Assembly (NCBI GenBank): GCA_039940335.1
Contig: JBDVGW010000008.1
Direction: 5' to 3' (one strand)
Source: Marinomonas sp.
Lineage (GTDB): Bacteria > Pseudomonadota > Gammaproteobacteria > Pseudomonadales > Marinomonadaceae
Length of the DNA: 64,000 bases
Every line of letters begins with the position of its first letter. Position 1 is the first letter of the stretch. The position numbers were made by a program, and so were the translations under genes. This document shows positions 38,858 through 47,138 of the stretch, piece after piece. The notes under the pieces were generated by a model, which saw nothing but the letters and a program-made list of their open reading frames with translations, did not search any database and had not been told where the DNA came from.

Positions 38858-40204
38858 ATGAAAAACAAAACTTCAATCCAAGGCACATGGGCGAGCCGTT
38901 GGATTTTCATTTTAGCCGCGACAGGCTCAGCCGTAGGCTTAGGTAACATCTGGAAATTTCCCTACATTACCGGCGAAAATGGCGGCGGAGCTTTCGTACT
39001 GGTTTACTTAATTTGTATTGCTCTTGTTGGCCTACCCATTATGATGGCGGAAGTTTTTATTGGCCGTCGAGCACGCAAAAATCCGATTAATGCCTTAGAA
39101 GATCTAGCAGAAGAGTCAGGTCAATCTAAGAAGTGGGGCATCATTGGCCTAATGGGCATGTTGGCGGGTATCTTCATTTTCTCTTTTTACTCTGTCGTTG
39201 CAGGCTGGGTATTACATTACATTAAAGCCATGGCATCAGGCGAACTGGCTAATGTGAGCTCGGAACAAGCTGGCGCGTTATTCAACGAACTATTGGCTGA
39301 CCCAGTAACCTTACTAGGCTGGCACACTCTGTTCACCATAATGGTATTAGCGGTTGTTATTGCAGGTGTAAATAAAGGTCTTGAAAGAGCTACTCGTATC
39401 ATGATGCCTGCGCTGTTCTTCCTTTTGATTGCACTACTTGGCTATGCTATTAGCACCCCAGGTTTTTCTCAAGGTTGGGACTTCATGTTCCATTTTGATG
39501 TGAGTGAATTGTCTTGGGATGCGGTCTTGGTTGCCCTAGGTCATTCCTTCTTCACGCTCTCTTTAGGTATGGGTACTATCATGGCTTACGGCTCTTACAT
39601 GCCGAAAAAAGCGTCCATTGGTAGCACCGTTCTGATGGTAGGCGCACTAGATACCTTGGTTGCACTGGTGGCAGGCCTCGCTATTTTCCCGATTATTTTT
39701 TCGAACGGTATGAACCCAGGCGCTGGCCCAGGCTTGATGTTTATTTCATTGCCCGTTGCCTTTGGACAAATGGCCTTTGGTCAATTTTTTGGCGTCTTGT
39801 TCTTTGTTCTTGTTGGTGTCGCGGCATGGACATCAGCAATTTCCTTACTTGAGCCTTCTGTTGCCTTCTTGGTAGAACGTTTCAAACTAAAACGTTCTAC
39901 TGCATCAATTGGCTTAGCTATCTTGGTATGGTTGTTGGGTATCGCTTGTTTGGGTTCTTTCAACTTCATGAGTGATGTAACCTTCTTCGGCAAGAATACC
40001 TTTGACGCTCTAGATTACTTGACCACCAACATCATGTTGCCACTTGGCGGTATCTTAATTGCTATCTTTGCCGGTTGGTTTGTAAAAGATCAGTTTGTGA
40101 AAGACGAAGTTCAAACTTCCAACATCATTCACACCTGCTGGAAAATTTCGGTTTGCGTTATTTCACCGATCGCTGTATCCATCGTGTTATTACTAAACCT
40201 ATAA
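38858..40204 (+). CDS. Sodium-dependent transporter, NSS/SNF family
   Basis: 'GSAVGLGNIWKFPY', 'GGGAFVL', 'FFTLSLGMG'. Confidence 0.93.
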   Translation: MKNKTSIQGTWASRWIFILAATGSAVGLGNIWKFPYITGENGGGAFVLVYLICIALVGLPIMMAEVFIGRRARKNPINALEDLAEESGQSKKWGIIGLMGMLAGIFIFSFYSVVAGWVLHYIKAMASGELANVSSEQAGALFNELLADPVTLLGWHTLFTIMVLAVVIAGVNKGLERATRIMMPALFFLLIALLGYAISTPGFSQGWDFMFHFDVSELSWDAVLVALGHSFFTLSLGMGTIMAYGSYMPKKASIGSTVLMVGALDTLVALVAGLAIFPIIFSNGMNPGAGPGLMFISLPVAFGQMAFGQFFGVLFFVLVGVAAWTSAISLLEPSVAFLVERFKLKRSTASIGLAILVWLLGIACLGSFNFMSDVTFFGKNTFDALDYLTTNIMLPLGGILIAIFAGWFVKDQFVKDEVQTSNIIHTCWKISVCVISPIAVSIVLLLNL

Positions 40205-40223
40205 GGTACTAGTCCCTAGAACC

Positions 40224-40262
40224 AAAAATGCCCCGCATCCATGATGCGGGGCATTTTTTTTT
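40224..40262. terminator. Bidirectional terminator
   Basis: aaaaatgccccgcat / atgcggggcattttt. Confidence 0.8.
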
Positions 40263-40287
40263 GAAGATCAATAAAATAAAAACGATC

Positions 40288-40527
40288 TTACATGGACTTT
40301 AGAGCGTAACTCTCACTTAGCGATACAAAAGGCGCTGTCACGGCTTCTTTTAATTTTCGCTGAGACAGTTTATTCCAAAAAATTTCGTGGAAGTAAAAAG
40401 CTACGGTGTTGATGGCAGGTTCCACTATGGCCACAAGGCCGCCAACAACAAAGCTACCTGTAATTAGGTAAGCTACGGTAAAAGCAATAGTAAAGTGCAT
40501 AACGGCGAAAGTAATAGTTTTAGTCAT
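40288..40527 (-). CDS. DUF2061-family small membrane protein
   Basis: 'KTITFAVMHFTIAF.VAY..TGS…EPAINTVAFYFHE'. Confidence 0.85.
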   Translation of the reverse strand: MTKTITFAVMHFTIAFTVAYLITGSFVVGGLVAIVEPAINTVAFYFHEIFWNKLSQRKLKEAVTAPFVSLSESYALKSM

Positions 40528-40534
40528 TTCGATC

Positions 40535-40569
40535 TCCTCATTTAATATATTATTTATATTAAATGAGGA
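40535..40569. promoter_or_regulatory. Perfect 15-bp inverted repeat covering the DUF2061 RBS
   Basis: tcctcatttaatata-ttatt-tatattaaatgagga. Confidence 0.6.
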
Positions 40570-40613
40570 ATATTAAAACCGAAAATCAATTAAAAAAATA
40601 CCGCCGATAGTTT

Positions 40614-41516
40614 TTAACTAATTTTAGTTAAAAAGCTCTGCACACCTTCTATTGGGTCGGAGAAAATCGCCACATTCTCAGCCTCGTCCACCTTAGACTC
40701 ATGGTAGGCTAACCATAATTTAGCTCCCACCAAGACCACAGGTATATTAGGCTGCTGAACTTTCGCAACAAATCCCGCTACCTGACTGGCTTGCTCATTA
40801 CCACAAAATACCATCAAACCCGACACATCGAGACCTTTCGATAACGCCACACAATCATCCGCTGATGCTAAATTTGATACAAATTCACAGCTAACACCTT
40901 GATCGGCCAGTATAAAACTAGCCATTATCCCCCATAGGTTAGACCCACCAGCAGCGGCACCTACTAAAGCCTTTCGCCCAGAACCATGCTGTTTTTTCAG
41001 GCCATGTAAGCGTACCGTAAGCTCCTCACTTACCACGGCCTCGCAAAAGCTTCCTTCCACGCCTTTAGCCAACAAAGCTAAGCTGGGCAAGAGCCAGTTC
41101 TGTACCGCTATGGACGCAGGGTACTGGGATAACACCTCGGCGCATAATTGGTGAATTTTATCGGCATTAAAAGCCTTCGCAGCGTTAATCAAGCTAGTTT
41201 GTAATAGTTGCCAATCACTGTCTAAGTTTGGGGTTTCTTCCGCCCCCTTCTCAATTAGAGCTCTTACTTTGCTGACCGCTACCCCTTGTTGCACCCAATA
41301 CAAGATAGCTTCCACTTGTTTAATATCAGCCTCGCTGTAAAGACGATGGCCTTTCGCCGTTCTTTGCGGCTTCAGTAATCCATAACGTCTTTCCCAAGCT
41401 CTTAAGGTAACAGAGTTGACTCCCGTCTTGAGTGATAAATCCCGAATAGGAAATAGCGCCACCGTTGGATTGTCGTGTTCATTTGCTATAAAGCTTTCTA
41501 GTTCAACCTGTGACAT
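40614..41516 (-). CDS. MerR-family regulator, CarH/LitR-like
   Basis: 'LFPIRDLSLKTGVNSVTLRAWERRYGLLKPQRT..GHRLYS'; start moved to ATG 41516. Confidence 0.88.
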   Translation of the reverse strand: MSQVELESFIANEHDNPTVALFPIRDLSLKTGVNSVTLRAWERRYGLLKPQRTAKGHRLYSEADIKQVEAILYWVQQGVAVSKVRALIEKGAEETPNLDSDWQLLQTSLINAAKAFNADKIHQLCAEVLSQYPASIAVQNWLLPSLALLAKGVEGSFCEAVVSEELTVRLHGLKKQHGSGRKALVGAAAGGSNLWGIMASFILADQGVSCEFVSNLASADDCVALSKGLDVSGLMVFCGNEQASQVAGFVAKVQQPNIPVVLVGAKLWLAYHESKVDEAENVAIFSDPIEGVQSFLTKIS

Positions 41517-41589
41517 ATATTGCAATCCAACCTCTTCATTTAAAACGTAAAATTTATTTCTGCTAGCCAGAGTACCAACTGAAAAACAC

Positions 41590-41681
41590 TTATACAAAAT
41601 ATTTTTTGTATAATTTATTTGACAAGGCTGTACAGGAAACTATATTGTACAACTATGGTTGTACAAATATAAATATGTACA
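41590..41681. promoter_or_regulatory. TGTACA-repeat operator array
   Basis: TTATACAAAA-TATT-TTTTGTATAA dyad (41590-41613); TGTACA at 41629, 41646, 41660, 41676. Confidence 0.7.
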
Positions 41682-41711
41682 ACAAATGATTTCTTAAAAA
41701 GGTACAAAGCA

Positions 41712-42710
41712 ATGACCGCAGCAGAAGAGAAAGCAATCAACATAGTCTATGACGTTGTCGTCATTGGTGCCGGTCTAGCTGGGTCAATGAGCGCATACCT
41801 GTTAGCAGAAGCGGGGCAATCCGTATGCGTTATTGAAAAAAGTCGTGGCTCTGGCGGGCGCTGCGGCAACCAGCGCATTGATGATCAAGTTCGTGTTGAT
41901 ATGGGTTCCCCGTATATCCATACCAAGCACCCAGATACCATTCAGGTGCTCGATCAGCTCGTCTCTGCCAACATTGCTTTGCATTGGTCCCAGCAAGATA
42001 AAGGCACAACCAAAACCTATATTGGTTCACCAAGCCTCACAGCCATATGTCGACACTTGGTACAGTCATCACGACTACTCACCAATACTCGTGCCCACCA
42101 CCTAGAGCTTGACCATACCAAGCAGGTTTGGCGAATCCGGGATAGTCACTTTCAATTGATTACCCAATGTAAAAAAGTGATTCTATGTATTCCTGCACCT
42201 CAGGCAGCGGCCTTGCTTGCAGCAACCCAAGGTACAGAAGACTTGTGGGTGACCGCCAATCAAGCGAGCAAACACAGCACTTCCCAATGGGTCTTGTGGC
42301 TTGAAACCGCTCACTCAGACCTAAAGAGCATTATTTGCCCTGATCATCCGGTGATTGAATGCATGATCAAAGACAACCAAAAGCTCTCACACAAGGGAAC
42401 AAGCTGCGACCGCTGGGTAATTCATAGCCGCAGTGATTGGGCCTCTCTAAACCTTGATAAGAGTAAAGAGCATATAGCAGAAGAGCTTATTAAAGGGTTT
42501 TGCGAAGACACAGGGCTAGAGCTCATTCGCCACGGTTCACCACATCGCTGGTTGTTTAGCCGCTTTCTACCTAACCCATCGGACACACCATTCAAATGGA
42601 ATGAAGAATTAAACATTGGCTTAGCTGGAGACTGGCTAAGTTCAGGAGACACTGAAGGCGCACTATTAAGCGCTCATCAGTTGGCCAAAAAAATACGCTC
42701 AACATTGTGA
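41712..42710 (+). CDS. Renalase-like NAD(P)/FAD-dependent oxidoreductase (COG3380-type)
   Basis: GAGLAG, 'EKSRGSGGR', 'HRWLFS', 'GDWLSSGDTEGA'. Confidence 0.85.
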   Translation: MTAAEEKAINIVYDVVVIGAGLAGSMSAYLLAEAGQSVCVIEKSRGSGGRCGNQRIDDQVRVDMGSPYIHTKHPDTIQVLDQLVSANIALHWSQQDKGTTKTYIGSPSLTAICRHLVQSSRLLTNTRAHHLELDHTKQVWRIRDSHFQLITQCKKVILCIPAPQAAALLAATQGTEDLWVTANQASKHSTSQWVLWLETAHSDLKSIICPDHPVIECMIKDNQKLSHKGTSCDRWVIHSRSDWASLNLDKSKEHIAEELIKGFCEDTGLELIRHGSPHRWLFSRFLPNPSDTPFKWNEELNIGLAGDWLSSGDTEGALLSAHQLAKKIRSTL

Positions 42711-42730
42711 ACCATTAGAGGATACCCATC

Positions 42731-43711
42731 ATGAAAAAATCTGACTCTAAGCAATACAAAATGATTGATAAAATTCCTGTTGGCATCAGCGCCTGTCTCT
42801 TAGGCGACCCAGTGCGCTTTAATGGTGGACACAGCCGCTCAAGCTTTTGTGACGACCAATTAAGTGCCTACTTTGACTATCAAAAATTTTGCCCAGAAAT
42901 GGCGGCAGGTTTTGGTTCTCCAAGACCAACATTAAGACTAGAAGGCGACCCTACACAACCACGCATGGTTTTTTCTAAAAATTCAGCAACCGATGTTTCC
43001 AATGTATTTATGCGCGCCAGTGAACCTTACATAGAGACGCTTTCTCACCTTGACGGTTACATTGTCATGAAAAAATCGCCAAGCTGTGGCATGGAGCGCA
43101 TTAAGGTCTACCAAGAAAATGGTCACCCGCACATGCAACGTAGCGCAGGTTTGTTCACCAAAGCCCTACAAGAACGCTACCCTCTGTTGCCGATCGAAGA
43201 AGACGGTCGATTAAATGATCCTAAATTACGGGAGAATTTTATCTTACGTGTTTATACTCACCATGACTTTCGCCACAGTGTAGACGAAAACGCCACAATG
43301 AAAGATCTTATCGCCTTCCATAGCCGCTATAAATATTTGGTAATGGCGCATTCATACCCTATGTATAAAGCGCTTGGCAAAATGCTCTCAGGACGCGATC
43401 CAAGAGCTATCGCAGAATTACGTCACGGATACTTCGAGACACTCATGAAAGCCTTGTCAAAACCTGCAAAACGCACCAGCCATTGCAATGCATTAATGCA
43501 TATTATTGGTTACTTAAAAGACTCTGTGGACGTAGCGATACGAAAAGAAATTATTGCTGTGGTTGAGCAGTACCGCCGTGGTGAGGTAAATCTTGCGACC
43601 CCAATGACACTCTTGCATCACTACTTAAAATGCTACGGCAGTGAATACATAAAAAAGCAACAATATTTTATGCCTTACCCTGCGCCGTTAGGCATTCGTA
43701 ATACGGTCTAA
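42731..43711 (+). CDS. ybgA: YbgA-family DUF523(TudS)+DUF1722 protein, RudS-type thiouridine desulfidase candidate
   Basis: Fe-S Cys motifs 'SACLLG', 'CPE', 'KSPSCG'; C-terminal 'FHSRYKY', 'NALMHIIGY'. Confidence 0.88.
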   Translation: MKKSDSKQYKMIDKIPVGISACLLGDPVRFNGGHSRSSFCDDQLSAYFDYQKFCPEMAAGFGSPRPTLRLEGDPTQPRMVFSKNSATDVSNVFMRASEPYIETLSHLDGYIVMKKSPSCGMERIKVYQENGHPHMQRSAGLFTKALQERYPLLPIEEDGRLNDPKLRENFILRVYTHHDFRHSVDENATMKDLIAFHSRYKYLVMAHSYPMYKALGKMLSGRDPRAIAELRHGYFETLMKALSKPAKRTSHCNALMHIIGYLKDSVDVAIRKEIIAVVEQYRRGEVNLATPMTLLHHYLKCYGSEYIKKQQYFMPYPAPLGIRNTV

Positions 43712-43726
43712 TTATTGGAGCCTATA

Positions 43727-45115
43727 ATGCACGTTAATAACCTAGTTTGGTTGCGGGATGATCTTCGCTTAGAAGATAACCCCGCCTTGTATTACGCAGC
43801 CCTGCAAGGCGAGATTCGTGTTGTCATGATGGCTTCACCTAAGCAATGGCAAGAGCACAACGAATCCCCCGCAAAAACAGGGTTGCGCATAGCTTTATTC
43901 AACCGTGTCGCTGAACAGCTTGCACAAAAAGGCATTCGGGCCGAGGTGATTGAAGCACCTACTTATGAAGACATCCCAAATAAACTTGCCAACTATTGCC
44001 AAACTCATCATGTACACGCCGTGTGGTTTAATGAAGAATTGCCCATCAATGAGCAGCGCCGAGATGAGGCGGTAGTCACAACACTGCAACGGCTGAATAT
44101 TGATTGCCATAAACAAGCCTGCGACCTCATAGTGCCCAGAGAGGTACTCAATCAGCAAGGGCTTCCTTTTAAGGTATTTACTCCGTTTTTTAAACGCTGG
44201 CTCAGCATGCTCGGCGAGCAAAACCCGATTCCTTTTAGCGCCCCTCCAGAGCAGTCTGAAGCAACTCTCTACCAGGCTTACCAACCAAACTGGCTAGGTA
44301 GCTATCGTGACGATTTATGGCCCGCGGATCAGCCAAGCATCAGTCAGCGCTTATGGCAATTTTGCCATCTTAAAGAAGAAGCTTACTCTGCCCATAGGGA
44401 TATCCCTAATGAACCAGGGACCAGTTTATTGTCGCCCTACTTAGCCCTTGGCGCACTGGGTCCTAGGGAGTGTTTGTTCGCCTTACAATATGTGTGTGAA
44501 CAACAGGGTCGAGAGTGGCGAGACAGTGTTTGGCTCAAAGAATTGGCGTGGCGAGATTTTTATCGACAACTAATGAAACACTTTCCAAAACTGTCTAAAG
44601 GTAAAGCTTTCAAAGCCAATACCGAAGAATTAACTTGGCAGTCCGATGAGTCACTCTTGCTCGCTTGGCAACAAGGTCGAACTGGTTTTCCTATTGTTGA
44701 TGCTGCCATGCGCCAATTAAACCAAACCGGCTGGATGCACAATCGCTTACGCATGATCTCCGCAAGTTTCTTTTGTAAATTGATGTTTGCCGATTGGCGA
44801 AAAGGTGAAGCCTACTTTATGCAGAAACTCATTGATGGGGAGTTTGCGGCCAATAATGGTGGCTGGCAATGGAGCGCTTCTACAGGTTGTGATGCGGCCC
44901 CTTATTTTCGTGTCTTTAACCCCACGCGTCAGTCACAAACCTATGATAAGTCAGGCGATTTTATCCGCCGCTTTGTACCAGAGCTCACAGAGTTAGATGA
45001 CAAGGCAATTCATCAACCTAGCTCAGCTCAGCGACTAGCCTGTGCTTACCCAGAGCCCATCATTGACTACAAGAGCGCACGTCAATACGCCATTGACGTG
45101 TTCGCCAACCTCTAA
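43727..45115 (+). CDS. phrB: Class I CPD photolyase
   Basis: 'WLRDDLRLEDNPAL', 'TSLLSPYLALG', 'ELAWRDF', 'GWMHNRLRM', 'GGWQWSAS'; start ATG 43727 with GGAG. Confidence 0.95.
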   Translation: MHVNNLVWLRDDLRLEDNPALYYAALQGEIRVVMMASPKQWQEHNESPAKTGLRIALFNRVAEQLAQKGIRAEVIEAPTYEDIPNKLANYCQTHHVHAVWFNEELPINEQRRDEAVVTTLQRLNIDCHKQACDLIVPREVLNQQGLPFKVFTPFFKRWLSMLGEQNPIPFSAPPEQSEATLYQAYQPNWLGSYRDDLWPADQPSISQRLWQFCHLKEEAYSAHRDIPNEPGTSLLSPYLALGALGPRECLFALQYVCEQQGREWRDSVWLKELAWRDFYRQLMKHFPKLSKGKAFKANTEELTWQSDESLLLAWQQGRTGFPIVDAAMRQLNQTGWMHNRLRMISASFFCKLMFADWRKGEAYFMQKLIDGEFAANNGGWQWSASTGCDAAPYFRVFNPTRQSQTYDKSGDFIRRFVPELTELDDKAIHQPSSAQRLACAYPEPIIDYKSARQYAIDVFANL

Positions 45116-45120
45116 GCCTA

Positions 45121-45157
45121 TTTTGCCAAGCTTCGGCCTAGCCGAGGTTTGGCAAAA
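45121..45157 (+). terminator. Hairpin after phrB
   Basis: ttttgccaagcttcggc / gccgaggtttggcaaaa (with wobble pairs). Confidence 0.6.
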
Positions 45158-45188
45158 TTCTATATATTACACCCCCTCCCTTCACGCT

Positions 45189-45213
45189 CTCAAAGTAGAA
45201 CTTTGAGCTATAA
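45189..45213. promoter_or_regulatory. CosR-type box upstream of the MarR gene (autoregulation)
   Basis: TTTGA-GC-TATAA (45202-45213), overlapping the dyad ctcaaagt-aga-actttgag. Confidence 0.55.
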
Positions 45214-45320
45214 GTATAATTGGTCTATGATAATCAGACTCTCAAACAAATTTACTGAATGAGTTTGCTACTTTTAAGCAAAAGAATATAATCGACAAAA
45301 TTTTTTTGGTCCCCATTATT

Positions 45321-45809
45321 ATGTCTAATCCGCAACACTTACATGATGTCCTCGTGCATCTGCGTCGCATCATTCGCGCCACCGACCTTCAATCTAAGCG
45401 GGTCGTTAAAGCTTGTGGTCTTACCATTCCACAAATCATGGTTTTACGATCGATTGAAGAGCTTGGAGATGTGACGGTTCGTCGAATTTCTGACAGTGTT
45501 TCGTTGAGTCAAGCCACGGTGACAACTATTTTGAATCGTCTCGAAGACAGAAAGTTTGTTGAGCGTGTAAAGGTGCAAAAGGATAAACGCATAGTAAATG
45601 CCCGTTTAACCGAAGCTGGTCGAAATATTTTGCACACAACACCGCCCCTTTTACATGAAAAATTCATCAATGAATTCGAGTCTCTTGAAGGCTGGGAACA
45701 GACTCAAATGCTATCCTCATTACAGCGTATCGCCATGATGATGGACGCAGAGACAATCGATGCTGCGCCTCTTCTCGACATAAACTCCCCAAACACCTAT
45801 AGCGCCTAG
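45321..45809 (+). CDS. cosR: MarR-family compatible-solute regulator (CosR/EctR-like)
   Basis: 'LRRIIRATDLQSKRV..ACGLTIPQ', 'LSQATVTTILNRLE', 'WEQTQMLSSLQRIAMMMDAE'; sits next to proXWV. Confidence 0.8.
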   Translation: MSNPQHLHDVLVHLRRIIRATDLQSKRVVKACGLTIPQIMVLRSIEELGDVTVRRISDSVSLSQATVTTILNRLEDRKFVERVKVQKDKRIVNARLTEAGRNILHTTPPLLHEKFINEFESLEGWEQTQMLSSLQRIAMMMDAETIDAAPLLDINSPNTYSA

Positions 45810-45815
45810 CTTTGC

Positions 45816-45860
45816 CGTCGATCTAATACAGCAAAAAGCACCTTTAGATCGACGTATTTT
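45816..45860 (+). terminator. Hairpin after the MarR gene
   Basis: cgtcgatcta / tagatcgacg followed by tatttt. Confidence 0.5.
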
Positions 45861-45973
45861 CATCATACAAATACATCCACATTTCCTCCTTAAACATCGC
45901 CTTAACTGCCTCTAGTTTTGTCTTTATTTGCACACTCATACCTTGCACTCAAACAAATTTTATAATTAAAACA

Positions 45974-46017
45974 TTTGAACTATAAATATTTGATGTATAA
46001 ACTGATTATAGTTTGAG
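45974..46017. promoter_or_regulatory. Three tandem CosR-type boxes upstream of proX
   Basis: TTTGA-AC-TATAA (45974), TTTGA-TG-TATAA (45989), TTATA-GT-TTGAG (46006, reversed). Confidence 0.62.
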
Positions 46018-46060
46018 AACTAACCATTCTATTTTTACCACATCTATAAGGAACAGAGAC

Positions 46061-47065
46061 ATGCACCTGAAGACTCTATCTGCGTTTGCAATGATGATTT
46101 CTGCAACGTCTGCTTTTGCCGCTAATAGCGATTGTGGAACAGTAAAAATTGCTGATATGAACTGGAATTCAGCGTCCTTTATTGCCAACATCGATAAATT
46201 CATTCTGGAACACGGATATGGCTGTGACACAGAACTAGTACCTGGCGACACCATGCCTACAGGCACCTCCATGATTGAAAAGGGCGAGCCAGATATCGCC
46301 CCTGAGCTTTGGTCAAACGCCCTAAAAGATGCGCTTGATAAAGGTATTGCCGAAAATCGCCTTGTAAAAGCAGGCCAATCTCTTTCTGACGGCGGTGAAG
46401 AAGGCTTTTGGGTCCCAGAATATATGGTTGAGCAATACCCTGAAGTAGCCACTATTGAAGGTGTTATTAAACACGCCAAAGAATTCCCTCACCCAGAAGA
46501 TGACAGCGTTTCAGGTTTCTATGGCTGCCCTGCTGGTTGGAACTGTCAAATTTCTACCAGCAACCTATTTAGAGCTTTGAATTTAGAAGATTCAGGTTTC
46601 GAGTTAATCGATCCAGGCTCTGCTGCTGGTCTATCAGGCTCTATTAGCCGTGCTTATGAACGCAAAGAACCTTGGTTGGGTTATTACTGGGCACCAACAG
46701 CGGTTCTTGGTAAATACAAAATGGTAAAAGTAGACTTTGGGTCAGGTGTTGATCTTGAAGAATTCACTACTTGTACGACACAAGAAAACTGTTTAGATCC
46801 AAAGCCGACTATGTATCCACCCTCTCCTGTTGATACAGTCACTACAACCGACTTTCAGAAACGTGCACCACAGGCGTTTGAGTATCTAACTAAGCGTTCA
46901 TTCGCTAACAGTGATATGAACAGCCTATTGGCTTGGATGGAAGAGAATCAAGCAGACAGCCAATATGCGGCTGAAAACTTTATGTTTAATTATGAATCTG
47001 TTTGGTCTGCTTGGGTTAGCGAAGATGTGAAAGCTAAAATCCTAACAGCGCTAGACGAACTTTAA
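46061..47065 (+). CDS. proX: Glycine betaine/proline-type ABC substrate-binding protein
   Basis: Signal peptide; 'IADMNWNSA', 'PELWSN', 'GCPAGWNC', 'YYWAPT'; start ATG 46061 with AAGGA. Confidence 0.85.
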   Translation: MHLKTLSAFAMMISATSAFAANSDCGTVKIADMNWNSASFIANIDKFILEHGYGCDTELVPGDTMPTGTSMIEKGEPDIAPELWSNALKDALDKGIAENRLVKAGQSLSDGGEEGFWVPEYMVEQYPEVATIEGVIKHAKEFPHPEDDSVSGFYGCPAGWNCQISTSNLFRALNLEDSGFELIDPGSAAGLSGSISRAYERKEPWLGYYWAPTAVLGKYKMVKVDFGSGVDLEEFTTCTTQENCLDPKPTMYPPSPVDTVTTTDFQKRAPQAFEYLTKRSFANSDMNSLLAWMEENQADSQYAAENFMFNYESVWSAWVSEDVKAKILTALDEL

Positions 47066-47076
47066 GATTAGTACTA

Positions 47077-47113
47077 TTGCCACGTACTAGTTCGATGATC
47101 TAGTCCGTGGCAA
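47077..47113 (+). terminator. Intercistronic hairpin after proX
   Basis: ttgccacg-tactag … ctagt-c-cgtggcaa. Confidence 0.5.
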
Positions 47114-47138
47114 CCTCATTCAAAGCAATGGTTTTTTT

